Positions 1 to 10,524 of a stretch of 64,000 nucleotides of DNA are shown piece after piece (positions within the stretch are counted from its first letter, which is position 1; the number at the start of each line of letters is the position of its first letter). Position numbers and translations under genes: made by a program. Below the pieces are notes generated by a model. The model was not told the DNA's origin, ran no database searches, and was given only the letters and a program-made list of their open reading frames with translations. Source of the DNA: Candidatus Margulisiibacteriota bacterium (GTDB taxonomy: Bacteria; Margulisbacteria; Termititenacia; CAZZFK01); assembly GCA_042562495.1 (NCBI GenBank), contig JBHPMC010000002.1, forward strand, positions 12,425 to 76,424, written 5' to 3'.

Positions 1-1306
1 TGCCACCAGGGAATTCATTTTTATTAACATTTTGAACTTTACCAGATTCTATTTGTTTAACAGCTTCTTCAAAGTAGGAAATTCCTTTGTCTAGTGTACG
101 ACCAAAAGAAATTTCTTCAGATTTGATTATTTTTGTAATATATTCTTCATTAGTAATGATTTCAGGAAATGTTTCACCTAAAGTATTAATAACAGCAGGA
201 ATAAGTTTATACAAAAATGGATCATGTAAGTTCAAGTTTCTTCCAAATCTTGCGGCACGTCTCAAGATCCTACGCATGACATAGCCACGTCCCTCGTTCG
301 ATGGTGAAGCTCCGTCGGTTATTGCAAAGGTCAGAGCACGAATATGGTCGGCAATTACTCTGTGCGCAATATCTGTTCCTTGGTTTTGACCATATTTAAC
401 ACCGGAGATCTTGGCCGTTTCTTGGATAATATCCTGAAAAAGATCTGTATCGTAATTACTTTTCTTTTTTTGAAGAACCGCACAGATACGTTCTAAGCCG
501 GCGCCGGTATCGACATGTTTATGTGGAAGATCGTTCAACTTTCCGTTTGCATCACAGTTATATTGAATAAAAACCAGGTTCCAAAGTTCAATGTATCGCC
601 CACAACCAGAATTCACTCCGCATTTATGTTTCTTATCACTTTTCTTATCGCAATGAGCTGATCCAAGGTCGATATGTATCTCCGAGCATGGGCCGCAAGG
701 ACCGGTATCGCCCATTTCCCAGAAATTATCCTTTTTTCCAAAGGGCATAATGTGTTTAGGATCGATATCTGTCTCGTTTTTCCAAAGCTTTTCAGCTTCG
801 TCATCAGTCTCATAGACCGTTGCGTATAATATTTCTTTGGGTAATTTATATACTTTGGTGAACAATTCCCAGGCCCAGGCAATAGCTTCTTTTTTATAAT
901 AATTACCAAAAGACCAATTACCCAACATTTCAAAGAAGGTGTGATGATAGGTATCTTTGCCTACTTCTTCCAGATCATTATGCTTGCCGCTTACCCTGAT
1001 ACATTTTTGAGTATTAACAGCTCGTTTATAATCCCGTTTACCTGTTCCTAAAAAGACATCTTTGAACTGGTTCATCCCGGCATTTGTAAAGAGCAGAGTA
1101 GGATCATCAGTTGGGACAACAGGGCTTGATTTTACTTCTGTATGCCTAAGTTCTTTAAAAAAATTAATGAACTTTTTACGTATTTCCTTAGAAGTAGGAA
1201 TTTCATCATCTTTATGTTTTTGTTCAGGTATTTTCGTAGATTTGTCATCCATAGGCTGTCTACGAGAATAATCTTGATTAGGATATCCAATAACTGGGTA
1301 TGGCAT
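1..1306 (-). CDS. alaS: Alanine--tRNA ligase, N-terminal part (gene continues past window start)
   Basis: Absent from the supplied ORF track because it is open at the window edge. My own reverse-strand translation from ATG 1306..1304 runs without stops to position 1. It contains AlaRS hallmarks [49 protein letters not shown] and DTGAGLERI. The start is uncertain: there is an internal Met about 18 codons in, and the N-terminus is about 40 aa longer than typical AlaRS. Confidence 0.9.
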   Translation of the reverse strand, partial: MPYPVIGYPNQDYSRRQPMDDKSTKIPEQKHKDDEIPTSKEIRKKFINFFKELRHTEVKSSPVVPTDDPTLLFTNAGMNQFKDVFLGTGKRDYKRAVNTQKCIRVSGKHNDLEEVGKDTYHHTFFEMLGNWSFGNYYKKEAIAWAWELFTKVYKLPKEILYATVYETDDEAEKLWKNETDIDPKHIMPFGKKDNFWEMGDTGPCGPCSEIHIDLGSAHCDKKSDKKHKCGVNSGCGRYIELWNLVFIQYNCDANGKLNDLPHKHVDTGAGLERICAVLQKKKSNYDTDLFQDIIQETAKISGVKYGQNQGTDIAHRVIADHIRALTFAITDGASPSNEGRGYVMRRILRRAARFGRNLNLHDPFLYKLIPAVINTLGETFPEIITNEEYITKIIKSEEISFGRTLDKGISYFEEAVKQIESGKVQNVNKNEFPGG

Positions 1307-1319
1307 GGGTCAAATAATA

Positions 1320-1358
1320 TCACAAAAAACAAAAGGCGACATTGAGGAATGTCGCCTT
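1320..1358 (-). terminator. Rho-independent terminator after the 70-aa ORF
   Basis: On the minus strand AAGGCGACAT-(6 nt)-ATGTCGCCTT forms a 10-bp stem (1333-1358). It is followed by TTTGTTTTTTGTG. Confidence 0.55.
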
Positions 1359-1383
1359 GTTAAATCGAAATAAATATTAATTA

Positions 1384-1596
1384 TCAATCTTTATCTTTCT
1401 TCTTTTTTTTGCCAAAACGATTGAAAAAATCGAACCAACCCTTGATATCGGTCAAAATGCTGATCCGCTCGGCGATGTCGGCAACTGCGCGCATGGTCTT
1501 GCGTACATTCCAGAGAACCATAGCCAAAATGACCAACACAACGAACAATGCTCCGGCAACAGCAGCCCAAAGATAAGATATTATTTGTTGTGGCAT
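1384..1596 (-). CDS. Small membrane protein, hypothetical
   Basis: 70-aa ORF with one hydrophobic helix (YLWAAVAGALFVVLVILAMVLW) and a Lys-rich C-terminus. It abuts the YtxH-like gene. Confidence 0.45.
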   Translation of the reverse strand: MPQQIISYLWAAVAGALFVVLVILAMVLWNVRKTMRAVADIAERISILTDIKGWFDFFNRFGKKKKKDKD

Positions 1597-1605
1597 AAAT
1601 CCTCC

Positions 1606-1875
1606 TTAAACTTTTTTACGACCGGGAGTTTTTTTCTTTTCCTGGATAGTGGTGGAAAGCTTTTCAATACCTTCATCGATCGCGGCTTTGGTATTTTCGA
1701 TCATATTTTCTGTGCTTTCCTTAGCATTGTCGATCAGATCCTGATTCTCATCTTTTACTTTTTTGATCCAGGCTCTGGTCTGGTCCCCGGTTTGCGGAGC
1801 ATAAAGGAGAGCTGCTACAGCTCCAACAATACCTCCTAAAATAAAACCATCTAAAAATCTACTATCATTGCTCAT
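1606..1875 (-). CDS. YtxH-like protein
   Basis: 89 aa. N-terminal GFILGGIVGAVAALLYAPQTG followed by a charged helical tail, as is typical of the YtxH family. Confidence 0.6.
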   Translation of the reverse strand: MSNDSRFLDGFILGGIVGAVAALLYAPQTGDQTRAWIKKVKDENQDLIDNAKESTENMIENTKAAIDEGIEKLSTTIQEKKKTPGRKKV

Positions 1876-1934
1876 AAGATCGCTCCTTTCTTGCTTTATT
1901 ATCTTACCAACTTTATGTATAAAATATACATAGC

Positions 1935-2990
1935 TTAATTTTCAATTACTCCGCCACCCAAGACAGTATCTTTATGATAAAAGACAACATTTTGACCAGG
2001 AGTGACAGCGGATTGAGATTTTTTAAAAAGAACTTTGGCTCTCTGGCCACTGAGTAATTCGACATTTGCTTTAAATTTTTCACTATTATAGCGAATTTTA
2101 CACTCGATGCAAGATAACTTATCCGGCTTCCTGTTCACCCAGTGTACATCCTTAGCAAATAGCTCTATAGCTTCCAGATCTTTTTCGATGCCGAGGATTA
2201 TTTCGTTCTTAGTCGGGTCCAATTTAACTACATAGAGCCGTTCTTTGGCAGAGATTCCTAAGCCTCTACGCTGACCGATCGTATAGAAAGGGAGGCCTTT
2301 ATGTTTTCCCAGGACCTTGCCGCTGGCATCAACGAAGTTGCCGGGAGTGATGACCTGATCAGTGTAATTTGAAATGAAATTCTGATAATTATCGTCGACA
2401 AAACAGGCGTCCTGGCTGTCTGCTCTGTCTGCCGGAGATAAGTTGTACTTCTTGGCCAGTTTCCTGACCTTAACTTTTGTCAATTTTCCAAGTGGCAGCA
2501 ATAAATTTTCCAGCTGGGACTGGTTCAGTCTATAGAGCATATAGGATTGGTCTTTTTGCTTATCTTTGCCTTCTTTTAAGACAAAGTCGCAGCCTTTTTG
2601 TAATACTTGGGCATAATGCCCTGTAGCGATGGAAACATCACTTACTCCGAAATCCAATTCAATATGCTTTTTGATCTTATTGTACATTTCACCAAAACGG
2701 ATGAAGAAATTACACCTGGTACAAGGATTGGGAGTGCGTGCATTCAGATATTCACTAACGAAATCATCGACCACATCTTTCTTGAATTCCCGGGTCAGGT
2801 CGATCAGGTAATGCTTGATATCCAATTGGTGGCAGATCTTTTGGGCTTCGAGGATTGCAGATTCGGAGCAGCATCGTGAATCCGGCCACACAATAGCTGT
2901 GACCCCGACTATTTGATGACCTTTTTCTTTGAGTAAAGCAGCTGCAACGGCGCTATCTACACCGCCGGATAGCCCGACAGCAACGATCAT
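1935..2990 (-). CDS. mnmA: tRNA-specific 2-thiouridylase
   Basis: 351 aa. PP-loop SGGVDSAVAA at the N-terminus, conserved Cys residues (CCSE, CTRCN), and MnmA-typical length and C-terminal barrel. Confidence 0.9.
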   Translation of the reverse strand: MIVAVGLSGGVDSAVAAALLKEKGHQIVGVTAIVWPDSRCCSESAILEAQKICHQLDIKHYLIDLTREFKKDVVDDFVSEYLNARTPNPCTRCNFFIRFGEMYNKIKKHIELDFGVSDVSIATGHYAQVLQKGCDFVLKEGKDKQKDQSYMLYRLNQSQLENLLLPLGKLTKVKVRKLAKKYNLSPADRADSQDACFVDDNYQNFISNYTDQVITPGNFVDASGKVLGKHKGLPFYTIGQRRGLGISAKERLYVVKLDPTKNEIILGIEKDLEAIELFAKDVHWVNRKPDKLSCIECKIRYNSEKFKANVELLSGQRAKVLFKKSQSAVTPGQNVVFYHKDTVLGGGVIEN

Positions 2991-2995
2991 GGTCT

Positions 2996-3898
2996 TTAAC
3001 TGAGGTCCTTGCCAGTCACCCGCTTATAAGCTTCGCGGTATTTTTCACTGGTCTTTTGGATGATATCTTCCGGTAGATGCGGGATGGGCGGTTCTTTATT
3101 CCAGTTGATGCCTTCCAAATATTCACGGACAAATTGTTTATCGAAGCTCATTTGAGCATGACCTGGATCATAAAATTTATTATCCCAAAAGCGCGAGGAA
3201 TCCGGAGTAAGGATCTCATCGATCAAAAGCAAATTGCCATTGCTGTCCAAACCAAATTCAAATTTTGTATCAGCGATGATTACCCCGTTCTTTAAAGCTG
3301 TTTCGCTGGCATATTTATAGACGGATATCGCAGCATTGATGACTTTTTTTGTGAGCTCTTTACCCAGCTCTTTTTCCATTTCTGCTACAGAGATATTGAT
3401 ATCATGGCCTTCATCCGCTTTAGTGGAAGGAGTGAACATGATCTGGGGGAGCTTATCTCCTTGCTTCAGGCCTGCTGGTAATTTTTCGCCGCAGATGGCG
3501 CCGGTCTTTTTATAATCTTTCCAGCCGGATCCTTCAATATAGCCGCGGACGATACATTCAATAGGCAAAACCTGAGCTTTTTTGACCAACATGGAACGGC
3601 CGGCCAGCTTATCTTTGTGCTTTTTTAGATCTTCCGGATATTCATCGATATTGGCTGTAATAAAATGATTTTCGACTATATGCTTGGTCTTAACGAACCA
3701 GAATGCCGAGATAGAAGTGAGGACTTTGCCTTTATCAGGTATCCCTTCGGCAAAGATATGATCAAAAGCTGAGATGCGATCGGAAGCAACAAAAAGTATC
3801 TTGTCGCCCAGATCATAAAGTGAACGTACTTTTCCTTCTTTTATCGGTGTGATCCCCGGTAGTTCTATATTACGTAAGATAGTTTTTGTTTGTCCCAT
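2996..3898 (-). CDS. purC: SAICAR synthetase
   Basis: 300 aa with motifs GKVRSLYD, ASDRISAFD, ADTKFEFG and LIDEILTPDSSRFW. Confidence 0.9.
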   Translation of the reverse strand: MGQTKTILRNIELPGITPIKEGKVRSLYDLGDKILFVASDRISAFDHIFAEGIPDKGKVLTSISAFWFVKTKHIVENHFITANIDEYPEDLKKHKDKLAGRSMLVKKAQVLPIECIVRGYIEGSGWKDYKKTGAICGEKLPAGLKQGDKLPQIMFTPSTKADEGHDINISVAEMEKELGKELTKKVINAAISVYKYASETALKNGVIIADTKFEFGLDSNGNLLLIDEILTPDSSRFWDNKFYDPGHAQMSFDKQFVREYLEGINWNKEPPIPHLPEDIIQKTSEKYREAYKRVTGKDLS

Positions 3899-3965
3899 AA
3901 GCCACCTCTTTTATTTTTATAGACTAGGATTATACATGTTTTGCTTAAGCTTAAGAAGTATGAAT

Positions 3966-4961
3966 TTAGATCTTAGTTATCAGCAGCTCCCCTGCTTTTT
4001 CATAGATCAAGATGCCTTGGCAGGCGTTCTTTTTAAGGATCTCTTTGCCTGTTCCTGGGCCCATGACGAATATCCCTGTAGATAGGATATCTGCAGTAAG
4101 TGCATCCGGGCAGATCACAGTAGCGCTGATCATTCCGGTCGCGGATCGCCCGGTCTTGGGATTCATAATATGGTGATATCTTTTATGCCCTTGGATAAAG
4201 AATTGTTCGTAATCACCCGAAGTAGCTACAGCAATATTAGATAAAGAAATAGTATCGATCAATTTTTCATTTTTTCTGGGATGACGGAGGCCGATCTTCC
4301 AGGGAGTAAAATTCTTGGTCCTACCCAGGGCATAAATATTGCCTCCGGCGTTAATAAATCCCGAGCTGATCCCATGGTTCTTAAGTACTTTTATTCCTTC
4401 AGCAACAGCATAGCCTTTGGCGAGCCCGCCCAGATCGAGTTTGATACCTTTTTTTGCCAGTCGGACCGATCTTCTTTTTTCATTGAGGATTATGTACTGA
4501 TAGCCGACCAGGTTCAGGGCTTTTTTGGTCTGTTCCTTAGTGGGGACTTTTTTTGTGTCCGTACCAAATCCATATAGCATGGAAAGAGGTGTGGCGGTTA
4601 TATCAAAGGCCCCGTCGGTCACTTTGGAGCCCCAGAGGGCTTTACTCAGCAGGTAATACATTTCCTCACTGACCTTTACTTCTTTATAGGCGGCTTTCTG
4701 GTTTATTTTAGAGAGCTCACTTTTAGGATCGAAAAAATTGACCATTTTTTCTATTTCAGTGATGCGATCGAATACTTTCAAAATGATTTCCTGGGCTTTT
4801 ATTTTATTACGAGCCAGGACCAGGACCTCGGTCTGGGTATGGAGGATATATTTTTGTTCGGAATAGGTCTTCAAGCCAAAGATATTTCTGCCTAAACCAA
4901 GGATGATCAAAGTGCCGAGCAATGCATAAATGAGCAGGGCAGTGTTTTTTTTCTTTAGCAT
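3966..4961 (-). CDS. apbE: FAD:protein FMN transferase (ApbE family)
   Basis: 331 aa with an N-terminal TM/signal segment. Motifs GAFDIT, LDLGGLAKGYA and VATSGDYE. Confidence 0.85.
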   Translation of the reverse strand: MLKKKNTALLIYALLGTLIILGLGRNIFGLKTYSEQKYILHTQTEVLVLARNKIKAQEIILKVFDRITEIEKMVNFFDPKSELSKINQKAAYKEVKVSEEMYYLLSKALWGSKVTDGAFDITATPLSMLYGFGTDTKKVPTKEQTKKALNLVGYQYIILNEKRRSVRLAKKGIKLDLGGLAKGYAVAEGIKVLKNHGISSGFINAGGNIYALGRTKNFTPWKIGLRHPRKNEKLIDTISLSNIAVATSGDYEQFFIQGHKRYHHIMNPKTGRSATGMISATVICPDALTADILSTGIFVMGPGTGKEILKKNACQGILIYEKAGELLITKI

Positions 4962-5035
4962 GTGAGGATTTTAGCATATCTTACAGAAGGGGATATTGTT
5001 TTCTTAATAAGGATTTAAAGGTAAAATATTGCACC

Positions 5036-6469
5036 ATGATCAAACAGATAAGCTTACTTCTGGTCATTAGCTTTCTTTTAGTATCGGGCTGTGCGACCAA
5101 TCCGGTCAGTAAAGAATCAGAATTCATGCTTTTTTCCGAACAACAGGAAGTGGAGATGGGCAAGGAGTATCACCCGCAGATATCCAAATTATATATTGTT
5201 TATGATGATCCTGAGTTGATCGCCTATGTTGATCGTGTAGGCCTGAAAGTGGCGGCTGTATCTCATCGTTCAAATCTGGATTATACGTTCACGGTGCTTG
5301 ATTCCCCGATCGTAAATGCTTTTGCTGTGCCCGGGGGTTATGTCTATGTGACCAGGGGTATCCTGGAGCGCATGAATTCCGAAGATGAGCTGGCCAGTGT
5401 CTTAGGCCATGAGATCGGCCATGTGTCTGCACGGCATTCTATGCAAAGAATGTCCCAGCAATATGGTTTGATGGGAGTGTTCTTAGGTGTCCAGCTTTTT
5501 GGCAATAGTGAGGATTTTGAGCAGTGGTCGCCCTGGGTCAATGCCGGGGCTTATCTTACCTTGTTGAATTACGGGCGAGAAGCCGAATATCAAGCCGATC
5601 GTTTGGGAGCAGAGTATGCTGTGGCCGCCGGTTATTCTCCAAAAGGGAGCACGGATATGCTGCGCATGATCCGCAAGCTGCATGATAGTGAGCCTAATTT
5701 TATCCAGGAATTAATGGCTACCCATCCGCCGCCGGCAGTACGTGTGGATCGTGCCAGGCACACTCAAAGAGAATTTGAAAGCGATGTAGGTATGCTTGCA
5801 GAAAAAGATAATGAATATAAAACGGCGATCGCCGGGATGGTGATCGGCCCTAATTTGCACCATGGCCAAGCTATAGGCAATGCCTATTTTAATAAAGCCT
5901 ATGATTGTGTTTTTGAATTTCCAGCCAGCTATACTACCTATATTGGCCAGCCCGGCTATTTATTCTACGGAAAAGAACAAGATATAGAAGCTTTAGCACT
6001 GCAAAAAGTCGATCTTGAAAAAAATATGTCTTCCAGGGATTTTGCTAAAAGCATCGAAACTCAGGCCAAGATAAGCCCTAAATTGACAGGATCCAAGACC
6101 GTGGCCGGGATCCCGGGCTGGATAGCAAAATATGAACAGGGAAAAGATGATAACAAACAATATATCTCTAGGTTCTATTGGGTTAAAGAAAAGACCGGTT
6201 ATATTTTAAGCTGCGTGACCAGCTTACAGAACAGAGGGCGCAACGACAGTACTTTTAATGAGGCGATCGCTACATTTCGTGAGCTGACAGATGCAGAAAA
6301 AAATAAATTAAGTATCAAAAAGCTTGCTGTGCATACAGTGTTAAAGGGAGAGACGATCGTTTCGATAGCTAAAAAATACAATACAACTTCTGAAAAGATC
6401 AAGGAATATAACGCTTTGGAAACAACAAATCTAATGGACGGTCAAAAACTGAAGATACCTTCTTCTTAA
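5036..6469 (+). CDS. M48-family zinc metalloprotease with C-terminal LysM domain (lipoprotein-like signal)
   Basis: 477 aa. Signal ending LLVSGC, HEIGHV zinc motif, and a C-terminal LysM-like segment HTVLKGETIVSIAKKYNTTSEKIKEYN. Confidence 0.8.
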   Translation: MIKQISLLLVISFLLVSGCATNPVSKESEFMLFSEQQEVEMGKEYHPQISKLYIVYDDPELIAYVDRVGLKVAAVSHRSNLDYTFTVLDSPIVNAFAVPGGYVYVTRGILERMNSEDELASVLGHEIGHVSARHSMQRMSQQYGLMGVFLGVQLFGNSEDFEQWSPWVNAGAYLTLLNYGREAEYQADRLGAEYAVAAGYSPKGSTDMLRMIRKLHDSEPNFIQELMATHPPPAVRVDRARHTQREFESDVGMLAEKDNEYKTAIAGMVIGPNLHHGQAIGNAYFNKAYDCVFEFPASYTTYIGQPGYLFYGKEQDIEALALQKVDLEKNMSSRDFAKSIETQAKISPKLTGSKTVAGIPGWIAKYEQGKDDNKQYISRFYWVKEKTGYILSCVTSLQNRGRNDSTFNEAIATFRELTDAEKNKLSIKKLAVHTVLKGETIVSIAKKYNTTSEKIKEYNALETTNLMDGQKLKIPSS

Positions 6470-6852
6470 AAATCCTGTCCTACGGTCGAAGTTACCCCGA
6501 TACCGCCGCGGATATTATATATCGTGCGGACCATTAGTTGTTTTGGTCCTAAGATCTTTTTAAGGTCCTGATAGATCCTATCGGTGGCGGCTTCCTGGTA
6601 AATGCCGACGTTGCGAAAAGAAATGATATAGTATTTCAAGGATTTTAATTCGATGCATTTTCCTTTGGGGCTATATTTTATGATCAATTTGGCGAGGTCC
6701 GGCAGGCCGGAAAAAGGACAGACCGCAGAAAATTCTTCGGTCACGATCTCAATGGTTTGTTCTGTGCCATCAAAAGGGAAGGTTTCTAAAAGATCCGGCT
6801 GGATATTTTCAGGCCCGTTGAACTTAAAGATCTTGCCTTCGGCTTGAGCCAT
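6466..6852 (-). CDS. queF: NADPH-dependent 7-cyano-7-deazaguanine reductase
   Basis: 128 aa. EFSAVCPFSGLPD catalytic Cys motif and unimodular QueF length. Confidence 0.85.
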   Translation of the reverse strand: MAQAEGKIFKFNGPENIQPDLLETFPFDGTEQTIEIVTEEFSAVCPFSGLPDLAKLIIKYSPKGKCIELKSLKYYIISFRNVGIYQEAATDRIYQDLKKILGPKQLMVRTIYNIRGGIGVTSTVGQDF

Positions 6853-6854
6853 AA

Positions 6855-8192
6855 TTATTTTGCTCCTTTGGACTTGCGGCGAAAATTAAAGATGACCGGA
6901 CTGCCGATGAATCCAAAATGATCACGCAGTCTGTTCTCCAGAAATCTTTTATAGTTCGTTTGCAGTAATTTAGGATTGTTCACAAAGATACTGAATTTTG
7001 GAGGAGAGGTGCCGATCTGCGCAGCATAAGATAATTTTAAAAGTTTGCCGCCGAAGCTGGGTGGCGATTTTTCTTTAATGACCAGCTGCAGCCATTTATT
7101 TAATTCCGGAGTAGGTACCTTGCGGGTGTATTCCTTATATAATTGTTGCAGCAGAGGGAAAACTGCTTCAGTGTTTTTCTTTTTCTTGGCGGCGGTTAAA
7201 AGCAAAGGAGCATGGTCCACGAATTTCAAGCGATTAAAAACATATTCCTCAAAAGCTTCTAAATGCCCCTCGGCAATAAGATCACATTTGTTCAAGACCA
7301 AAAGGCAGGATCGCTCAGCTCTGGCGATCAGCCCGGCAATTACCTGATCCTGCTTGGTGACCCCTTCTCGAGGATCGATCATTAAGATACAGATATCAGA
7401 GCGATTCACAGCGCGGGTAGCTTGTTTGATGCTCAAGGTTTCTATCCGAGTATCGATCTTTTTCTTTTTGCGGATCCCGGCCGTATCGATAAAACGATAA
7501 GTCTTTCCCTCGTGGATGAAATCAGTATCGATAGCATCGTGAGTTGTCCCGGCTATATCGCTGATGATGGATCTATCCGTGCCAATGAGCACATTAAATA
7601 AGGATGATTTGCCGACGTTAGGCCGACCTAAAATGGAGACCTTGATCATTGGTTCTTCAACTTTTATTTTAGCTGCTTCTTTAGGAATGAGTTCGACTAC
7701 CTGATCGAGGAGATCCCCGATATTGATCCCGTGTTTAGCTGAAATGGGAACGACTTCTCCTAAAGAAAGATTATAAAATTCCGAGGCTGAGATCTCCTGG
7801 CCGGGATTATCTACTTTGTTGGCGACAATGATGGTAGGTTTGTTGAAGCTACGTAATTTATGGGCGATCTCCAGATCAAGAGGCGTGATGCCCAGGCGAT
7901 TGTCGACCATAAAAAGTACGACAGAGGCATGCTTTATGGCAATATCGACCTGCAGCTCGATCTCCAATTGAAATTCTGCAGAAAGGCTTTCGTTGCGTCT
8001 ATTGAAAAAAAGACCACCGGTATCAACTACCTGAAAAAGCTTGCCTTTCCAGCTGGCTTTTTCATAAAGACGGTCTCGGGTAACGCCAGGGCGATTATCA
8101 ACAATAGCTGCTGGCTTGCCACAAAGCCTGTTAAATAAAGCGGATTTTCCAACATTAGGACGGCCAACGATAGCAACAGAGTGGAGTGTCAT
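6855..8192 (-). CDS. der: Ribosome-biogenesis GTPase Der (EngA)
   Basis: 445 aa. Two tandem G domains (GRPNVGKSALFN and GRPNVGKSSLFN; DTGG/DTAG; NKVD/NKCD) plus a KH-like C-terminus. Confidence 0.92.
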   Translation of the reverse strand: MTLHSVAIVGRPNVGKSALFNRLCGKPAAIVDNRPGVTRDRLYEKASWKGKLFQVVDTGGLFFNRRNESLSAEFQLEIELQVDIAIKHASVVLFMVDNRLGITPLDLEIAHKLRSFNKPTIIVANKVDNPGQEISASEFYNLSLGEVVPISAKHGINIGDLLDQVVELIPKEAAKIKVEEPMIKVSILGRPNVGKSSLFNVLIGTDRSIISDIAGTTHDAIDTDFIHEGKTYRFIDTAGIRKKKKIDTRIETLSIKQATRAVNRSDICILMIDPREGVTKQDQVIAGLIARAERSCLLVLNKCDLIAEGHLEAFEEYVFNRLKFVDHAPLLLTAAKKKKNTEAVFPLLQQLYKEYTRKVPTPELNKWLQLVIKEKSPPSFGGKLLKLSYAAQIGTSPPKFSIFVNNPKLLQTNYKRFLENRLRDHFGFIGSPVIFNFRRKSKGAK

Positions 8193-8215
8193 TGCTTAGC
8201 CCCTTTTTACCAGAA

Positions 8216-9655
8216 CTATTGCTTCTGTTCTTCGGACTTGGCCAGAGATTCTTTCATAATATCCCCGAGCTTGGGAGCTGCGGGATCTGAAGAGTCTTTT
8301 TTCTGATATTGCTCCAGGTCCTTTTTAGGAACGATCTCCGGATGTTCCCGCAGGCTTAAGCCGATGCGTTGTTCAGCAGGGAACATCTTGATGATCTTGG
8401 CTTCGATGAATTCACCGGAGGTCAATACATCTTCAGGTTTGATCGGCGGAGTATCTGCTAATTCTGTGATATGGATCAGGCCTTCCAAGCCTTTTTCCAA
8501 TTCAATGAATGCACCGAATTTCACAAGGCGGGTGATCTTGCCGCGGACCTTTTCACCGATCGTATAGCGTTCCTCAACATTTACCCAAGGATCGGGTTGT
8601 AATTGACGCAGGCCCAAGGATATTTTCCCGGATTCATCATCAACACCAAGGACGAACACATCTAAGGTCTGCCCGGTCTGAACAATTTCTTCAGGGCTGC
8701 TGATCCTGCCCCAAGACATTTCTGAGATATGGATCAAGCCTTCGATCCCGCCAAGATCAACAAAGGCCCCGAAAGGTTTGATATTGGTCACGGTACCTTT
8801 ACGGACCTGACCCGGTTCGATCGATTGTAATAATTCTTTGGCTTTTGCTGTGTCTTTCTTAGAACCGCTGAGCTTATGGGAGAGCACAACTTTGCGGCGT
8901 TTACGATTGACGTCGATCGGTTTTACTGAAATGGTCTGTTTTACCAAGGCTTCCAGATCGTTCTGGTATTCTTTGCTTACATGAGAAGCGGGAACGAATC
9001 CGCGAATACCACCATAATCAACGACCAGGCCGCCACGCACGGCATTAGTCACATAGACATCGAGCGCTTCTTTTCTTTTAAAAGCATTGAATAGATCCAG
9101 CCAACAGGTTTCATATTCTGCCCGACGTTTGGAAAGCATAGGATTACCATCCTTATTTTCCAGCTTCAAGATCATTACTTTGATCTGCTGACCAACTTTA
9201 ACAACATCGGATGCTTTGATATTAGGATTGGAAGTAAGCTCATCGCCTTCAATGATACCTTCGGATTTATAAGCGATATCAACAAAGACCAACCCTTTTT
9301 CAACTCGAGTAACTATTCCTGAGACAATATCACTGACTTGATAATCTTTTACTGAATGCATCATAGTATCCATGACATGGGCTTTGGATACAGGCAGATC
9401 TGTTTTTGCCGGTGATTTTTGTATTTGTTCAGCTGAGGGTTGAGCTTGTTCGATATCTGGTTCCGGGGATTCTGGAATAGGTTCTTCTTTTATAGGGCTT
9501 TCCAGGCCTAAGCTTTTTTCGAAATCTGAACTCTCACCAATCTTGGTACCCTTAAAACTCTCTTCGCCTAAAGGGGCGGCACCTATATCACCACTTAATT
9601 CTTCTTCTATCGAAAAATGATCTCCACCAAGTTTTGTCCCTTCCATTGAATCCAT
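8216..9655 (-). CDS. rpsA: 30S ribosomal protein S1 (four S1 repeats, acidic N-terminal extension)
   Basis: 479 aa. Repeated S1 signatures (G.V..V...G.FVD/I..G..GLIH.SE). About 100 aa of acidic/Pro-rich N-terminal extension. Confidence 0.85.
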   Translation of the reverse strand: MDSMEGTKLGGDHFSIEEELSGDIGAAPLGEESFKGTKIGESSDFEKSLGLESPIKEEPIPESPEPDIEQAQPSAEQIQKSPAKTDLPVSKAHVMDTMMHSVKDYQVSDIVSGIVTRVEKGLVFVDIAYKSEGIIEGDELTSNPNIKASDVVKVGQQIKVMILKLENKDGNPMLSKRRAEYETCWLDLFNAFKRKEALDVYVTNAVRGGLVVDYGGIRGFVPASHVSKEYQNDLEALVKQTISVKPIDVNRKRRKVVLSHKLSGSKKDTAKAKELLQSIEPGQVRKGTVTNIKPFGAFVDLGGIEGLIHISEMSWGRISSPEEIVQTGQTLDVFVLGVDDESGKISLGLRQLQPDPWVNVEERYTIGEKVRGKITRLVKFGAFIELEKGLEGLIHITELADTPPIKPEDVLTSGEFIEAKIIKMFPAEQRIGLSLREHPEIVPKKDLEQYQKKDSSDPAAPKLGDIMKESLAKSEEQKQ

Positions 9656-9779
9656 AAAGACACGCCTCCTTGAACACGCAGATTTTTACGATTTTCACGC
9701 TTTTCATACATAAGTTTCCATACAATGGACGATTATACTACTATAATAATAGGCTTATTGGCAAGGCAACGGATAGGTT

Positions 9780-10520
9780 TTGAGTGAAATTATGGTAAAA
9801 TATCGCACAATGATAAGAAAAATCGTAGTTATTTTCCTTTGTTTATTGTTAATAAATAGTGTCCTCGCTGCCGGTAATTATGATGGGCTATGGTTCCTGG
9901 GCTTTAATCTAAAGAGTTCTAGTTTTAAAGGTCCACAGGGGCTTATCTTGAGGCGAGCTATAAACGAGGCAATTGATCGAAAATACCTTGGCCAGAAGAT
10001 AATGGGAGCCAGCTTTATTCCGGATAGTTTCATTCCTTTAGGAATGGATGGCTATGTAGCCCGGGAAAATTTTTATGAATATGATCCGGAGCAAGCCAAG
10101 GCATTAATAAAAGAAAATGAAGGCCTAAGTAAGATCAAAGTACTAAAGTTGCTGCATACAGACGGAGTTAAGACCGAAAGAGTAGCGAAGAAGATCAGGT
10201 CAGAGCTATCTAATCTTGGGATCGATCTGGTCCTAATGCCGGTCAATTATGCGGATGCGGATAGTTTTGAAAAAGAATTAAAAGCCAAGGATTATGATAT
10301 TTTCTTGATGGGATTCAAGACCAAGGAAGGGCAGACCAAGGAATTAGTACGAGAGCTATTTAGCTCAGAAGGCAAGGCGAATTTTTTTGGATTGGATGAT
10401 CCGGTGCTTACTAGGCTGAGTTCAACTCCTTCGGCCGATCAAAAAGTGTATAATGATATACAAGATATTTTATGGCAGAAGCAAGTGATCCTGCCGATAT
10501 TCTATATAGAGAGGCTATGA
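9780..10520 (+). CDS. Secreted SBP_bac_5-like (peptide/nickel ABC solute-binding) protein, unusually short
   Basis: 246 aa with an N-terminal signal/TM. Family-5 SBP-like segments (FLGFNLK..., RRAINEAIDRKYL, YEYDPEQAKALI, DIFLMGF). Only about half the usual length, and no transporter genes are adjacent. Confidence 0.4.
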   Translation: MSEIMVKYRTMIRKIVVIFLCLLLINSVLAAGNYDGLWFLGFNLKSSSFKGPQGLILRRAINEAIDRKYLGQKIMGASFIPDSFIPLGMDGYVARENFYEYDPEQAKALIKENEGLSKIKVLKLLHTDGVKTERVAKKIRSELSNLGIDLVLMPVNYADADSFEKELKAKDYDIFLMGFKTKEGQTKELVRELFSSEGKANFFGLDDPVLTRLSSTPSADQKVYNDIQDILWQKQVILPIFYIERL

Positions 10521-10524
10521 ACTT